The notes under the pieces were generated by a model. That model saw only the letters and a list, made by a program, of their open reading frames with translations. It was not told the origin of the DNA and did not search any database. From Chiloscyllium plagiosum (lineage: Eukaryota), in the NCBI RefSeq assembly GCF_004010195.1, contig NC_057711.1:80573846-80637845 (forward strand): a stretch of DNA of 64,000 nt, in the 5' to 3' direction. Position numbers and translations under genes: made by a program. Of this stretch, positions 1 to 12,603 are shown one piece after another; within the stretch, counting starts at the first letter, position 1, and each line of letters starts with the position of its first letter.

Positions 1-203
1 ACTATGTGTAGAATCTCATTCTTAAACAGTTCCCACTGATTTAGCAGATTTTCCCTTCGGTAGCTTTGTCCATCTTTACCAAGTCATTACTTAGTTGAGT
101 AAAGATTGCCCAGTTTTGTAGAGTTTGCCATTCTCTAACTTTTATTCATGTCTTATGTTTGCCCCATTCCATAGTGGTGCTAAATCTAACTACATTGTGA
201 TAA

Positions 204-917
204 TGTTACAACACAGGGTAAACCCTCCTGCTTACTTACTTTAAACCAACAACACAGAAAAGATTTTTCCCTTGCATTACTCTGTGAAAAGTTGAGAGGC
301 CAAGAACTAGTTAAAGTAAAAGTAACAACTTTATTTCTTAAAGTATAATAGAGAATAATTAACTAACAACTATTTACAACCCCTTCCTCTGACCTCTCTT
401 TTACTTTCCTCTCTATAATACTAGTCTGATAAAACCCCTGACTAAGATTTACCAAAATTCAAATTTCAAAACCAGCCAGCTGTCCAATCTTCTCTTTATA
501 TCGTCTTCTGTCTTCTTTTCTTCTTCTTCTTAGGGATTTCTGTTTCACAGGTCACTGATCGATAAAGATACCTTTACGAGAGCTATTCTCCGGGCCGTCT
601 GCATGTTTTGGTGGCTTGGCAGTTCTCCCTCAACTGTTCAATTTTTCCCAGTCTTATACCCCCAAAGCATCGGATCGTGTCATTGGCTTTTAATATTGTC
701 AATATATACTAAATTCAAACTTGATTGAAGTTTGGTATTTTTTCTAGGTATAATTTAAACTGATTGGCAAATTTGATTTTGTCTCCAGGCAACCAGCTAC
801 ACTAGTTACTGGACCAAAAGTTTACATTATATCTTGATCAGAACACTTGGTGCTGTCGAGTAGTTCTGCTAGCTTTTAACTTTCTTAAAGGTACAGTACA
901 CTCGCGTCTTCATAATA
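204..917 (-). mobile_element. Solo LTR (4-bp TSD, Gypsy/ERV-type)
   Basis: Begins TGTTAC and ends CATAATA (decayed CATAACA). Flanked by ATAA at 200-203 and 918-921. Minus-strand TATA-like site near 653 and AATAAA near 330. Confidence 0.75.
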
Positions 918-1366
918 ATAACTATCTTCAAAATGATCACTGAGTACTACTTCATTCAATTGCTCAGTTCCATTTCTTAAGACTTAAGTATAGAATTGCA
1001 CCGTCTCACTTGTTAGGTACTAGCTAATAGTGGTATTTCAGAATTTTCTGCCTTCTATGCTGTTCATACTATTTGCAACCCAATTGATATTTAGGTTTAA
1101 TCCTCAACTATTATTGGCCTAATGTCTTTATACTCAGAAATGTGCCTACATTGTTGGTCCGTTAATTCTTTTTTGGTATGGGGGTGATGTGGAAGTAGAG
1201 GGAGGGGTGATTCTACATGGCCAGCATTGTGGTTGTTTTTTGGTTTCTGAGCTCAACCCATTTAAGATTTCATTTAATTTATCATCTCTCTTCAAAGTTT
1301 GTGCAAAGATTTGTAGCTCGGGTGCTCGTTGTTGTGGTTCTGTTCGCCGAGCTGGAAGTTTTTGTT

Positions 1367-1406
1367 GCAAACGTTTCGTCCCCTGGCTAGGCGACATCAT
1401 CAGTGC
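1367..1406 (-). ncRNA. Minimal type I hammerhead ribozyme motif in PLE pseudo-LTR
   Basis: Minus strand reads GCA-CUGAUGA-U-GUCGCCUAGCCAGGGGAC-GAAAC-GUU-UGC: core boxes, stem I GCA/UGC, palindromic stem III ACGU. Confidence 0.65.
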
Positions 1407-1919
1407 TTGGGAGCCTCCTGCGAAGCGCTTCTTTGATGTTTCCTCTGGTGTTTATAGTGGTCTGTCCCTGCCGCTTCCGGTTGTCAGTTTCAGCTGTCCG
1501 CTGTAGTGGTTGGTATATTGGGTCCAGGTCGATGTGTTTGTTGATGGAGTTTGTGGATGAATGCCATGCCTCTAGGAATTCCCTGGCTGTTCTCTGTCTG
1601 GCTGTTTCAGTTTCTGTTGTAGTTCTTTGGCCAGTTTGTATGATGGTGTCCCTGTCAGTGATACTATGGGTCTGAGTGGGATGTCATGAATTCGACTGGG
1701 ACAACACTACTATCACAGGTCAAGCCAGACAGAGAACAGCCAGGGAATTCCTAGAGTCATGGCATTCATCCACAAACTCCATCAACAAACACATCGACCT
1801 GGACCCAATATACCAACCACTACAGCGGACAGCTGAAACTGACAACCGGAAGCGGCAGGGACAGAGCACTATAAACACCGGAGGAAACATCAAAGAAGCG
1901 CTTCGCAGGAGGCTCCCAA

Positions 1920-1959
1920 GCACTGATGATGTCGCCTCGCCAGGAGACGAAACGCTTGC
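1920..1959 (+). ncRNA. Hammerhead motif copy, probably inactivated (GCU at cleavage triplet)
   Basis: GCA-CUGAUGA-UGUCGCCUCGCCAGGAGAC-GAAAC-GCU-UGC; the conserved U of the NUH triplet is C. Confidence 0.55.
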
Positions 1960-2424
1960 AACAAAAACTTCCAGCTCGGCGAACAGAACCACAACATCAT
2001 CTCTCTTCACAGCTATAATTGATTCTTAATCAATAATTTTATGCCACCACATTCTGCAAATCCCCAAACCTATCCTGCCTGAAAACTCTATATCCAGGGA
2101 TGCTACATTTTTGCCCCTCTTCAAACCAATTTTCTGTTATCACAATGTCATGTGTCTGCCTGTGCTCAGTTCATCAGCTTTATTTGTTACACTTCTTGCA
2201 GTTACATGTATGTCTTCTAATTTCATCAAATTCCTGTGTTTTACACTTTTTAAACCTTAATTACTTTCTCTTTCAAAGAAAATCACTAAGTTTCTGTCTC
2301 CTGTTTCCTGATCTGAATTTTCATTCATGCTCACATCACCATACACATCTAGTTCCTTCTAGCAGAACTAGCAAATCTTCCTGCAAGGATACTTATGCTA
2401 GTTCAGTTCAAGTATAATCCACTA

Positions 2425-2735
2425 GGCAAAAGTGAGGACTGCAAATGCTGGAAACCAGAGTTTAGATCAGAGTGGTGCTGGAAAAGCACAGCAGGTCAGG
2501 CAGCATCTGAAGAGCAGGAAAATCGATGTTTCAGGCAAAAGCCCTTCATCAGGAATAGAAGCAGGAAGCCTCCAGGGTGGAGAGATAAATGGAGGAGCGG
2601 GTGGAGGGGGGAAGCTGGGGAGAAGGTAGCAAAGAGTATAATAGATGAATGGGGGGTGGGGATGGAGGTGATAGGTCAGAGGGGAGGGTGGAGTAGATAG
2701 GTGGGAAGGGAGATTGGCAGATAGGACAGGTCAAG
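2425..2735 (-). mobile_element. Penelope-like pseudo-LTR fragment with hammerhead motif (2521-2556)
   Basis: Reverse-complement match to 22130-22400. Minus strand reads AUUC-CUGAUGA-A-GGGC-UUUU-GCCU-GAAAC-AUC-GAUU. Confidence 0.8.
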
Positions 2736-4404
2736 AGGACATAATCCATCCAACTTTTATTGGTGACACCTTCCCAAGAACTAGTTCCATTGCCCCAGAA
2801 ATCTGACACCCAACCTCGTATACTAGCTTTCCAGCCACACATTCAATGACTCAATTCTGTCATTTCTATTGGCATAAGAGGGTGGGACTGAAAGACATCC
2901 TGAGGTTATTGTTTTAGAGTTCTGCCTTTTCATTTCTTACCTAGTTCCCTGAAATCTTCCTTCAGAACTTCATCCCTATCCCTGCCTAAGCCATTGATGC
3001 TAACAGTGACTACAACCTCTGGATGACTATCCTTCCTAATAGAATGACTTGAGGTCATTGTAGATATTCTTTGCAATGTACCTCCCTGGAGTCATGAAAT
3101 ACCTTTCTGAACTCCTGATTATGAAGTCCACAATCACTATTGCTCTTCCATTCGTTTTCCTCATTGCAACACTCCCCCACCATTCCATTTAGTTGAGTCA
3201 ACAAAAAGAGAATACCAATTGTCAAGCAAGATAAACTCCGGGATTTCTGTACTGCATGTCTTGTTTCCTTAAGACTGGCTGGCTCATTCCCTTGCTACCT
3301 ATACATTTCTAACCTATGGAATGATCAGCTGAGTTAATATGCTATCCACATGCTGTGTCTTTGCTTTGTGGATGCACAATGGTGACTCCAAAACTCAGAG
3401 CTCAAGTAACTTCATGCATACTGCGGGATGTACATTCTACTTTGCCAAGCTGACCTGCCATCCTGCAAGTTTCAAAACTCTTTATTATAATAAAAATAGT
3501 GGAAAAGTCAGAGTACTCACCAACTGGTCTATACCGAAGTAAGAGCCAACTCTTTATGGAGGCTGAAAATAGTCTAAGATGAAAGGAATACCTCCTCTAA
3601 CCCCCAGCTAATTCTGCATAAGCTGACAATGCAGCACTGAGTATGGCCTCTATTTATACTTCACAAAAGGAACGGACTCAAACTTTCAAACACAAGATTA
3701 AACCAGCTACTAATTAACTCACTACTGCTTCTCTAAGAGCTTGTATGTCTCCAATTTAAGGCTGTAATAAAACTTAACTTCTCTTAACCTAAAGAGTAAT
3801 GTGTAGTTAATTTATAAATTGAAAGATAAACCAGACTTTAGTTAAAAATTACCCCTGAAGAGGCTCACACCTCGCAGCTCTGAGTGCAGAGATCTGTTGA
3901 GAAAGGTAATTCTGAAGTCAATCTATTTATTTGGGGTATGTATGAACACTTGGATGCAGATTCTCAGAATTGATACACATTGAAGGAAGCCTTTTTGACC
4001 ATTATGTTTGCATGAGTTCTCCAAATGAGCAGTGTCCTTTTGCCATTCCCTGTCTTCATATGTTTTTCTTTTCAGAAAATAATGCATTTCTTCTTGAATA
4101 CCTCTATTGCACCTCCCTCCACCACCATCTTGTGCAGCACATCAGACACCCTAATCATTTGCTGCATAAAAAGTTTCTCATGTCTCCATTGCTGCATTTG
4201 CTATTAACCTGAATTCTATGCACGCTCACTCCCAATCCTTTCACCAACAGGAGCAGCTTTTCCTTATCTACCGTACCCACTTTCCTCTTGGTCTTGATAC
4301 TTTCAATTGTTTACTAACACATTACAAGGTTGGATTGTATCCAAAAGCTTGTAACTCTCTCAAATAAACTGTACAACTATTATCTGCAGCTGTATAAACA
4401 TTCT

Positions 4405-5311
4405 TGTTATGGTCATGATTAAAATAGACCGCCAATAGTTTACTTTCATTTTTTGACTTTAATACCTTAGACTTCTATCGAGTATAAATGGTATTAAAAA
4501 GGACACTGTGAGTCTAAAATTACTGCAGTGATCACTTGACAAGCCAAGACAACCCCATGGAAAACATGAAACCAGCTGCTGCAGAAGAACCATCAAGACA
4601 CACTGAAACTCAGGGAGAAGTCACATCTTATTTTACTAACACTTGCCTGATGACTGCACGTATGGTGAAGTGAAAGCCTGCAACTATCCAGCCTAAAATG
4701 AAACAGTGACAGACACCAGAGCAACAGTATGTCAACAATAGCTTTTGAGCAAAGAGAGATAGCAACTTGAACTGATAACAGCAAGGATACTAAATGTTCT
4801 TATTTCTCTCCCTCTTTCTAACTCTCTTAATCATCCTTTCACTCAATCACAGAAACCAGTGCCAATCCAAAAGCAACTTAGAGAATATACCATCACTGAG
4901 AACTCAAGACCTGCAAATTTCACCGCTGCTAAAGGAGCAGGACAACAGCTCAGCACTAAATTCAGATCTTTTTATCCTTCCAGCCCAAGGACCCTTAGCA
5001 TCTTTAACTGCCTCTGTCTTTAGTATCCTATCTGTACCATATAGCTCTTCCAACCCCATTTTGTGAGCTCATTATCAGCAATATTGTGTGTCTGCTTGAA
5101 GGTATGATTTATAAATTTTCTGAATAATGGGCAATAAAATTCAACTTTCTTTAACTCAGAAAAAAATTGGATTGGCTCTCCATCAGTTTCTTTCTGTGTA
5201 ACTAAGTTTTAACAATGTGCTAAAATATAAATGTAAAAACTCTTTTTTTGCAACTGACTGAGGGTTGGTTTAAAAAAAAGAGCTGTCACCCCTCTTTACC
5301 TGGTCATAACA
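4405..5311 (+). mobile_element. Solo LTR
   Basis: TGTTATG...CATAACA terminal inverted repeat. Flanks TTCT/TTAT are a 3-of-4 TSD match. AATAAA near 5133. Confidence 0.65.
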
Positions 5312-5949
5312 TTATCAAGATTCAAATAATTTATGCCAGTGATTTATGGACTCTTGTGTGCATTCCAGCTTTCTATTTTGTGCATAAAATCTTAGCTAAG
5401 TATTTTAAGGTTGCAGGATTTGGGGAACTTATGGACTTTTGTTTACAATCCAGATTTTGCCATAGGACTTCATATGAATAAAAACTGGATAAAGAGGATG
5501 TAAGGTGAAATTGATCGTGGAATGAAATATAGGTTGGGTGAGGGGGTGAGTTGTCAAGGGATATGGGATTCATGGGTGAGAAATACACCTAAGTGTTAAT
5601 ACTGATGTGTTAACACTTTTGTGATACGACTAAAATCTTTAAAATTAACATAAATATAGTTTGAGGCCTTCAAGATATGACACAACTTTGACAGCACGTG
5701 TGTTTGAAAGTCCTTACTAAGGTATTTGTGAATGTGAATAGACAAGAGTGGAGATGGACCTTTTAACCTGCTCTGTCCAGCTAGCTCATTTCAACTCCTG
5801 CCTTGGATCTGTCAAAGTGAAGAGCAAACCTATATTGAGACCAGTTAAGGTCCCTGGATTGCCACAATCATGCTCCTGGCAGCCTTGTAAAAAGCAGGAA
5901 CCCAACCTTAGTTTAGTCTTGAATCCCAATTCCTAACATCATGGTAAAA

Positions 5950-7005
5950 TTGGTCAGAAGTCAGATGACACCAGGTTACAGTCCAACAGGTGTATTTGAA
6001 AGCACAAGCTTTCAGAGCATTGCCCCGTCATCAGGTGAAGTGAGAGAAAAGCACACAGGCAGAATTTATAGGCAGAGATCAATGGGCAGAGAGGTCAAAA
6101 GATCATACAAATGGTGTGAGTGGAGTGTCGACAGGTCGAATAATAGGTTTCTGCAGTGATCAAGAGTATCAGACAGTGTAAGTAAAGTGTCAACAGCTGA
6201 ATAATAAGAGATGACCGATTAAATAAAGTTGAGTGATAATTACAAAAATACTAAAAATAAGGTTGTGCTGGAGGCAAAACAGGTTTTAACACCATCACCT
6301 TGATAAATTGTTCTGATCTCTCTACCTTAATTAATTTGTATAGTTTTGAATTATTTATTACTTTGGTTAGACCCTTGGCATGCGACTGTTGTACCTTCAG
6401 TAGGTTCTGCTATAATCCATGTTTCTTCAATGCAAATTGGCTTTAATGCGATTGAAGAATTTAGACTGTTATTTGTTGACCGCAAACGTTCCTTACCTAT
6501 AACGCAATTCCAGCTCCATCAGTTTAAATGGTACAGCTACTACATGATTTTCTTATAACGCGAGATCGCATAAGAACAGAACTATCAAATCATATGAGAA
6601 GTGATTGTATTATGCTATTCGAGTCAGTTGGTTTGTCCCTAACACCACTTTATTTTTACTTTATTATAATTATCTCTCTGCCTCATTTAATTGGATTATA
6701 GGACATCTCTTCGCTTGTTTTTTAGCTGTTGACTATTGACTTACAATGTCTAATACCCACGGTCACCTGCAGAGACTTACTTTCCGACACTCCACTCATA
6801 CCAATTATATAATTTATTTATCTATCTGCCCTTGATCTCTCTGCCTATAAATTCTGTGTCTTTGTGCTCTTCTCTCACTGCACCTGATGAAGGGGCTGCG
6901 CTCCAAAAATCCATGACTTCAAATAAGCCTGTTGGACTATAACTGAGTTTCATGTGACTTTTGACTTTGTCCACCCCCAGTCCAACACTGGCACCTCCAC
7001 ATCAA
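5950..7005. mobile_element. Penelope-like pseudo-LTR pair in inverted arrangement, with hammerhead motifs at about 6003-6037 (-) and 6881-6915 (+, GAAA mutated to AAAA)
   Basis: 5950-6290 is reverse-complementary to 6640-6965. It shares the 'aataaacctgttggactataacctggtg' terminus with the 17485 and 55120 copies. Confidence 0.75.
6396..6609. mobile_element. Tigger/pogo-like MITE inserted in the PLE
   Basis: 5' end CAGTAGGTTCTGCTATAA; degenerate 3' TIR ending ATTG-TA. Confidence 0.45.
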
Positions 7006-7454
7006 ATGTGATAGTAACTATGGTGTACTGTGTTTTTAAGATGTGACTGTGAGGTGGACATTGTGTTCAGTCTGTGAGATGTGAATATGAAGCTGACAGC
7101 CATTCTATACATGTGAGGATGGGGCTGACAAATGAATGCTATGCACAGAATGTATAAGATATGTTGGTAGTTGAGTAATGGATGGTTTGGGCAATGACAT
7201 ACTGGTGCAATTGATAGAATATGGACTTTGAAGATGTATTCCCTGACTTTAACAACTGATGTGACATTATTGAACTTATTGCTGGACTGCATCCAAATTC
7301 TCAAGTCTTGTTCTCCCAGTAGCAACCTCCAGAAGTTTCAGCTTCTGATTCCACTGCCTTTTGGTCAATGTCTCTGTAGACCCTCTTTTCTTCCATAGAC
7401 AAGTAATCTTCCTTCCTCATTTCCACCTCCTCCATCAAGACCTCCAATTGTTTA

Positions 7455-7782
7455 TAAATTCATTCATGGGATGTTGACATCACTGGCTGAACCAGCACTT
7501 ATTGCTTGTCCCTTATTGCCCTTGAACTGAATCACATGTTAGGCCAGGTAAGGATGGTAAATTATCTTCCCTAAAGGACATTTGTGAACCAAATGCATAT
7601 TTATAGAAATCAACAATGGGTTGCACCTTCAATGTGATTGAAGAATTTAGACCGCTATTTAAAATGTTATTAAATTCAAATTTCATCATCTGCCGTGCTG
7701 AAATTCAAACACATGGTTTAAGGACATTAATCTAGGACTTGGCATGATTTATCCAGTTACATTAACACCATTTCACTACCTC
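7455..7782 (-). mobile_element. tRNA-derived SINE (SacSINE1/Deu-SINE-like), decayed
   Basis: Minus strand has a tRNA-like head, a central 'gtcctttagggaag...ccttacctgg' block and a (TGAA)n tail. Related pieces at 47248-47385 and 49040-49520. Family name is from memory. Confidence 0.6.
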
Positions 7783-8429
7783 CTCAATGTGAAACATTTG
7801 AAGTCCTTGGAACACACTCTCCCTTGTTTTACCAATATTTACTTTCCTCCTGCCACACTCTTTTCAACTGTGGCTCCCAGCTCCTGTTGTTTCCAAAGGG
7901 ACAAACTTGCTTTAGGTGATAATTGCCATGCTCGTGTTTATGCCTCTGCTCATGCATCTGGAAAGTGAACAGCATGGTTAGCTCTGGCTGGTTGTGATGT
8001 GTCAATATAAGCAAGTGGCACAAAATTGGCATGCTGCCCACGTTGCAATCATGGGGCACAAGTTAATCATGCATCATAATCCCCACACCTCGGCACAGGT
8101 TCTATCGAATGTAGTTCCCAGCATATTTATCTAAACACAATTCATTACACAATCAGTATACCAATTGACTTTGCAATTTTTACAAGATTCTACTGTCTCA
8201 GAGGATCATTTCCTTAGGTCCAGTCCTTGCGAAATGCAAGTTCTAAATATTGTTGTTAATGCACACAATGCAAAGCAACATTACACAGTTCCTCATATTG
8301 TTGCTGTTTGTCTCAGCCTCTATCAGGGTCTACTTCATTATAAAATATTTATGTTAGTTGAAAGTCTTCCCAAGAGCAATCAAAGTGCAATATGAAGCTC
8401 TTAAATGGTTCATGATTTTACACAATGCA

Positions 8430-9125
8430 ATACAATACCATACAATACAGCATAGCAACATGTCCTTTGGCCCACCAAACCTGCACTAATTCCTAGTCCT
8501 TATTTTGACCCACTATTCATTGCCCATGCACAGTATCTGTCTTATTCGCCTCACGTTTCTGTGTCTATCAAGATTTGTCTTAAATGCTGCTAATGTGCCT
8601 GCTTCCATCACCTCCACTGGCAGTTCATTCCAGACATCGACCAGCCTCTGTGTGAAACATTTTCCCTGCACTTTTCCCCACTCACCCTGAACCTGTGCCC
8701 TGTTGCAGTTGACCTTTCCACCCTGGAAAAGCCTCTGACTATCCACACTACTGATGCCTCTCATAATTTTGTAAACTTCTATCAGGTTGCATCTCGGCCT
8801 CCGTCTTTCCAGTGAAAGCAATCCGAGTTTATCCAACCTCTCCTCATAACTAAAACCCTCCAGACTAGGCAACGTTCTGGTAAACCTTCTCTGCACCCTC
8901 TCCAAAGCATCCACATCCATCTGGTAGTGTGGCAACCAGAACTGCACACAATATTCCAATTTTGGCCTAACTAAAGTTTTGTACAGCTGTGGCATAACTT
9001 GTTAACTTTTATATTTGATGTCCTAGCTGGTAAAGGCAAGCCTGCTGTATGCTTTCTTAACCACCCTATCCACCTGTGTTGCCACTTTCAGGGGTCTATG
9101 AACTTCTCTACCCAGATCCCTCTGT
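8430..9125 (-). mobile_element. CR1-clade LINE 3' end
   Basis: ORF 8513-8995 LYKTLVRPKLEYCVQFW..LERVQRRFTR; (ATTGT)n tail. Confidence 0.92.
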
Positions 9126-9919
9126 TTTTCTGGGGGATCTAGATCTTTATCAGTCTGCAACTTCCATACTGGCTTTCAATTATTCTATTTGGAGACATAT
9201 ACTAAATAAATAAATAAATATATTGGCAAGGATAAGATCAACCTCCCTCCAAACTTCAGTCAGTTTTACACCCACAGTACTGTTTGTATTGACATTTCAA
9301 AGAAGTTGCAGCCAAAAGCTTCTTCAAGCATCGTTGTTCACTTAATATCAAGAAATTATGCTCACTAATTTTATCTTAGTCCTGTTTTCCCTTTCAGATA
9401 TATCATAATAATGGGAGTGCAAAGATAAGATGAAGGAAGGAGAATAGCTATTTTGATAGAGTCTAAAAATAACATTGATAGTTAAAGTAATTTTGAAAAT
9501 GAGCACAAGGTTGAAGATTAGACCAAAAAAAAAGTCCTGAAATAAGACAACATTCCTCATTCCACTATCCAAGCTCTCTACAAGTTAGCCCTGTATGGCT
9601 TTCTTGTTTGATCTTATTCACCAACTCAGAAACTTCCACGCGGGCAAAATAAAATAGTGTGAATGGGGCACTGGGGGAATCATGGGGCACAAAGGAGCCA
9701 AAGAAGTAAGAAATTGGTGAATATGAGCAAGATCACCAGTGAATATGGTGGAAAATGATGTCATTGAGTTTGGAATTTTAGGATTCTGACTTTTTTGATA
9801 GAACATTTAAAGGAAGATTATCAATTAACACTATTTCTATGTACAACTCTGAGACCAGTTGAGAACATCAGTAGAGCATGTGACAACTTTCTGGATATGG
9901 TCATTCTACAGTTTGAGAC

Positions 9920-11360
9920 AGTAAGATACAGGAGCAGAAGTAGGTCATTCAGCCCATCAGGTCTGTCCTGACATTCAATGAATTCACAACTGATCACAAT
10001 ACACTAGGTGTGCCTTCTACATTATTAGTAAGTCTTAATTATTTTTAGATTCTGTTCCCTTTTGAAATAAAGACCAATATTCCAATTGCATTCCCTTTTC
10101 CTGCTGAACTTAGAGTCATAAAGCACAGAAACAGACCCTTCAGTCCAACTCAACCAGACATCCCAATGTATTCTAGTCCCATTTGCCAGCATCTGGCCCA
10201 TAACCCTCTAAATCCTTCCTATTCATATGCACATACAGATGCCTTTTAAATGTTGTAATTGCACTTGAATCCAACATTTCTTCTGGCAGCTCATTCCATA
10301 CACGTATCACTCTCTGCCTGAAAAAGTTACCTCTCAGATCCTTTTCAAATCTTTCCTCTTTCGCCTTAAACCTATGTTTTCTAGTTTTGGACTTCTCCAC
10401 CCAAGGAAAATTACCTTGACTATTCACTCTATCCATGTCCTTCATGATGTTACAAACCTCTATAAGATCATTCCTTAGCCTCCGACACTCCACACAAATA
10501 AGTCCCAGCCTATTCAGCCTCTCAAACCTCCCAGTCTGGTAACATCCTTGTATGTCATTTCTTTACCCTTTCAAGTTTAACAACATCCTCCCCATAGAAG
10601 AGCAACCAGAATTGTATGCAGTATTCTAGAAGTGACCTCACTAACGTCCTGTACAGCTACAAGATGACATCCTAAATCCTATATTCAATGTTCTGACCAA
10701 TGAAGACAAGCCTGCCTTCTTCAGCATACTATCTACCTGTGACTCCACTTTCAAGGAAGTATGTATCTACACTCCTAGGTCTCTTTCTTCAACGATTCTC
10801 CCCAGGGCCCTATCATTAATTGGAAAAGTCCTGTCCCGGTTTGCCTTACCAAAATGCAACACTTCACATTTATCTAAAGTAATCTCCATCTGCCACTCCT
10901 CAGCTCATTGACCATCTGATCAAGGTACTGTTGTACACTGAGGTAATCTTCCACTACAGTACCTAATCTGGTGTCATCCACAAACTTATGAACCATACCT
11001 CCTGTATTCTCATCCAAATTATTCATATAAATGATAAAAAGTGGTGAATCAAGCATTGATCCTTGCAGCAACACAGGCCTCCAGTCCAAAGAGCAACCTC
11101 TATCACCATCCTCGATCTCTTACCTTCAACCAATTTTTTATCCAACTGGCTAGCTCCCCCTAGATCCCATGTGACCTAAGCTTACTATCCAGTGTACCAT
11201 GCAAAGCCTTGTTGGACGTTTTACTGTGGATGTTAGCTTTTTGTGATTTATGCACGAGGATCCCAAAATCATTCTGTGCTGCAACCTTTCTCCATTTCAA
11301 TCATATTCAGCTCCTCCTTCCTTCCAGCCAAAATTCATTACCTTGTATTTTCACATATTA
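9920..11360 (-). mobile_element. Younger CR1 (about 10110-11220) nested inside an older CR1 3' fragment
   Basis: ORFs 10173-10493 and 10874-11089 (LQGSMLDSPLFIIYMNNLD..KFVDDT). The older element resumes at about 11230 from 'cctgctgaact' at 10110. Confidence 0.85.
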
Positions 11361-11899
11361 TTATTTTTTATTACTTTAAATGTTAGAAATTCTAATTCTA
11401 ATCACAAATTAGCTGCTTTCCAAGTACTCTCATCACATTCTGGTTCACGACATCACTCTATTGATGTCCTCACTGTAGCTGGGTCTCTTGATCTACATTT
11501 CATTCTCAACCACTCTTTTCTTGCTCAAGCCTTAGGATAGAATAAACTTTAATCAATTTCCAGATATTCACCAAATAACCAGCTGCTTCCCCTGTGTCAG
11601 AGCAAGAATAAGTTCTTGGAGGCTGAAAAATGTTTGAATAATAGCAGCCAAATACCTGTTTCCCTTTCTGTGGTTGAGTCCCTGAAGTACTCAACTCTGG
11701 CATTCTACTGGAATTTGCACTCAGGCGCTACGTTATACTTAGCTGGCTACTACTAACACAAAAGACCTATCCAAGACACTTAGTGAGGATTCATATTTAA
11801 TTAAGTGTCAGTTCATGTTTAATTAAGCTGACCTTTCACTATTGAAAAGAAGTGTTTACGACTGGCAATTACCATTTAATTCTAACCACAAACAAAATT

Positions 11900-12010
11900 A
11901 AAGCAAAGAAGTACAGGTTCTGGAGATCTGAAATAAAAACTGAAAGTGCTGGAGAAGCTCAACAGGTCTGGCAGTGTATGTGGAGAGAAAAACAGAGTTA
12001 ATGTTCCAAG
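11900..12010 (-). mobile_element. Penelope-like pseudo-LTR terminus
   Basis: Reverse-complement similarity to 60395-60505; a related decayed piece lies at 45120-45260. Confidence 0.6.
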
Positions 12011-12168
12011 TCCAGAATGGCTCTTATAATACTGGAGACTTTCTGATATCTCCACACAGAGAGAGAGAAACAGAGAGCGAGTTTTTTTCCATGGTTTCTC
12101 TTTGCAAGTTGGGTATTTCTGCTGTGCTTGCCACCCCACATGCCATGGTCACCTGGTCAGGAGACAAT

Positions 12169-12603
12169 CAGAACATTGTTTCCCTTAGTTCAGAATCTGT
12201 GTGTGTCCTTGAACTCTCAAAGCTCTAGAGCAAAGGCAAAACTACATACAACTCACAATGTACTCCAGTTAATATGATTTTTTAAATTGCCACTGTCTCT
12301 TTGTCCAGTCTCCTAGCTTGTGTTTAATCTGTAGTTCAAGTTTAAAGGAAACAAAACATAGAACATAGACCATAGAACATTACAGCAGAACATTGTTTCC
12401 TTTAGTTCAGAATCTGTGTGTGTCCTTGAACTCTCAAAGCTCTAGAGCAAAGGCAAAACTACATACAACTCACAATGTACTCCAGTTAATATGAATTTTT
12501 AAATTGCCGCTGTCTCTTTGTCCAGTCTCCTAGCTTGTGTTTAATCTATAGTTCAAGTTTAAAGGAAACAAAACATAGAACATAGACCATAGAACATTAC
12601 AGC
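12169..12603. repeat. Tandem duplication, 217-bp unit x2
   Basis: Units begin CAGAACATT at 12169 and 12386 and are nearly identical. Confidence 0.95.

Larger units (their letters stand above)
1295..1995. mobile_element. Penelope-like element 3' fragment in inverted (tail-out) arrangement with 14-bp TSD
   Basis: ORF 1676-2029 (HEFDWDNTTI..AREFLESWHS..SINKHIDLDPIYQPL) matches the PLE GIY-YIG C-terminus. Arms of about 275 bp (1330-1603 vs 1723-1995) are reverse complements. ATCATCTCTCTTCA occurs at 1281-1294 and 1996-2009. Confidence 0.9.
1..3480 (-). mobile_element. Old, heavily decayed CR1-clade LINE (ORF1 and endonuclease region), interrupted by a solo LTR and two Penelope-like insertions
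   Basis: Joining the flanks of the LTR gives 'ctacattgtgataactatcttcaaaatgatcact', which resembles the minus-strand CR1 at about 14745-14780. An ORF1 zinc-finger-like remnant (minus GQLGKVECTS) lies near 3420-3460. Confidence 0.6.

Noticed and set aside
9113..9142. Small hairpin AGATCCC...GGGATCT at a CR1 5' truncation
   Set aside because: Too short to distinguish from chance or a trivial junction fill-in.
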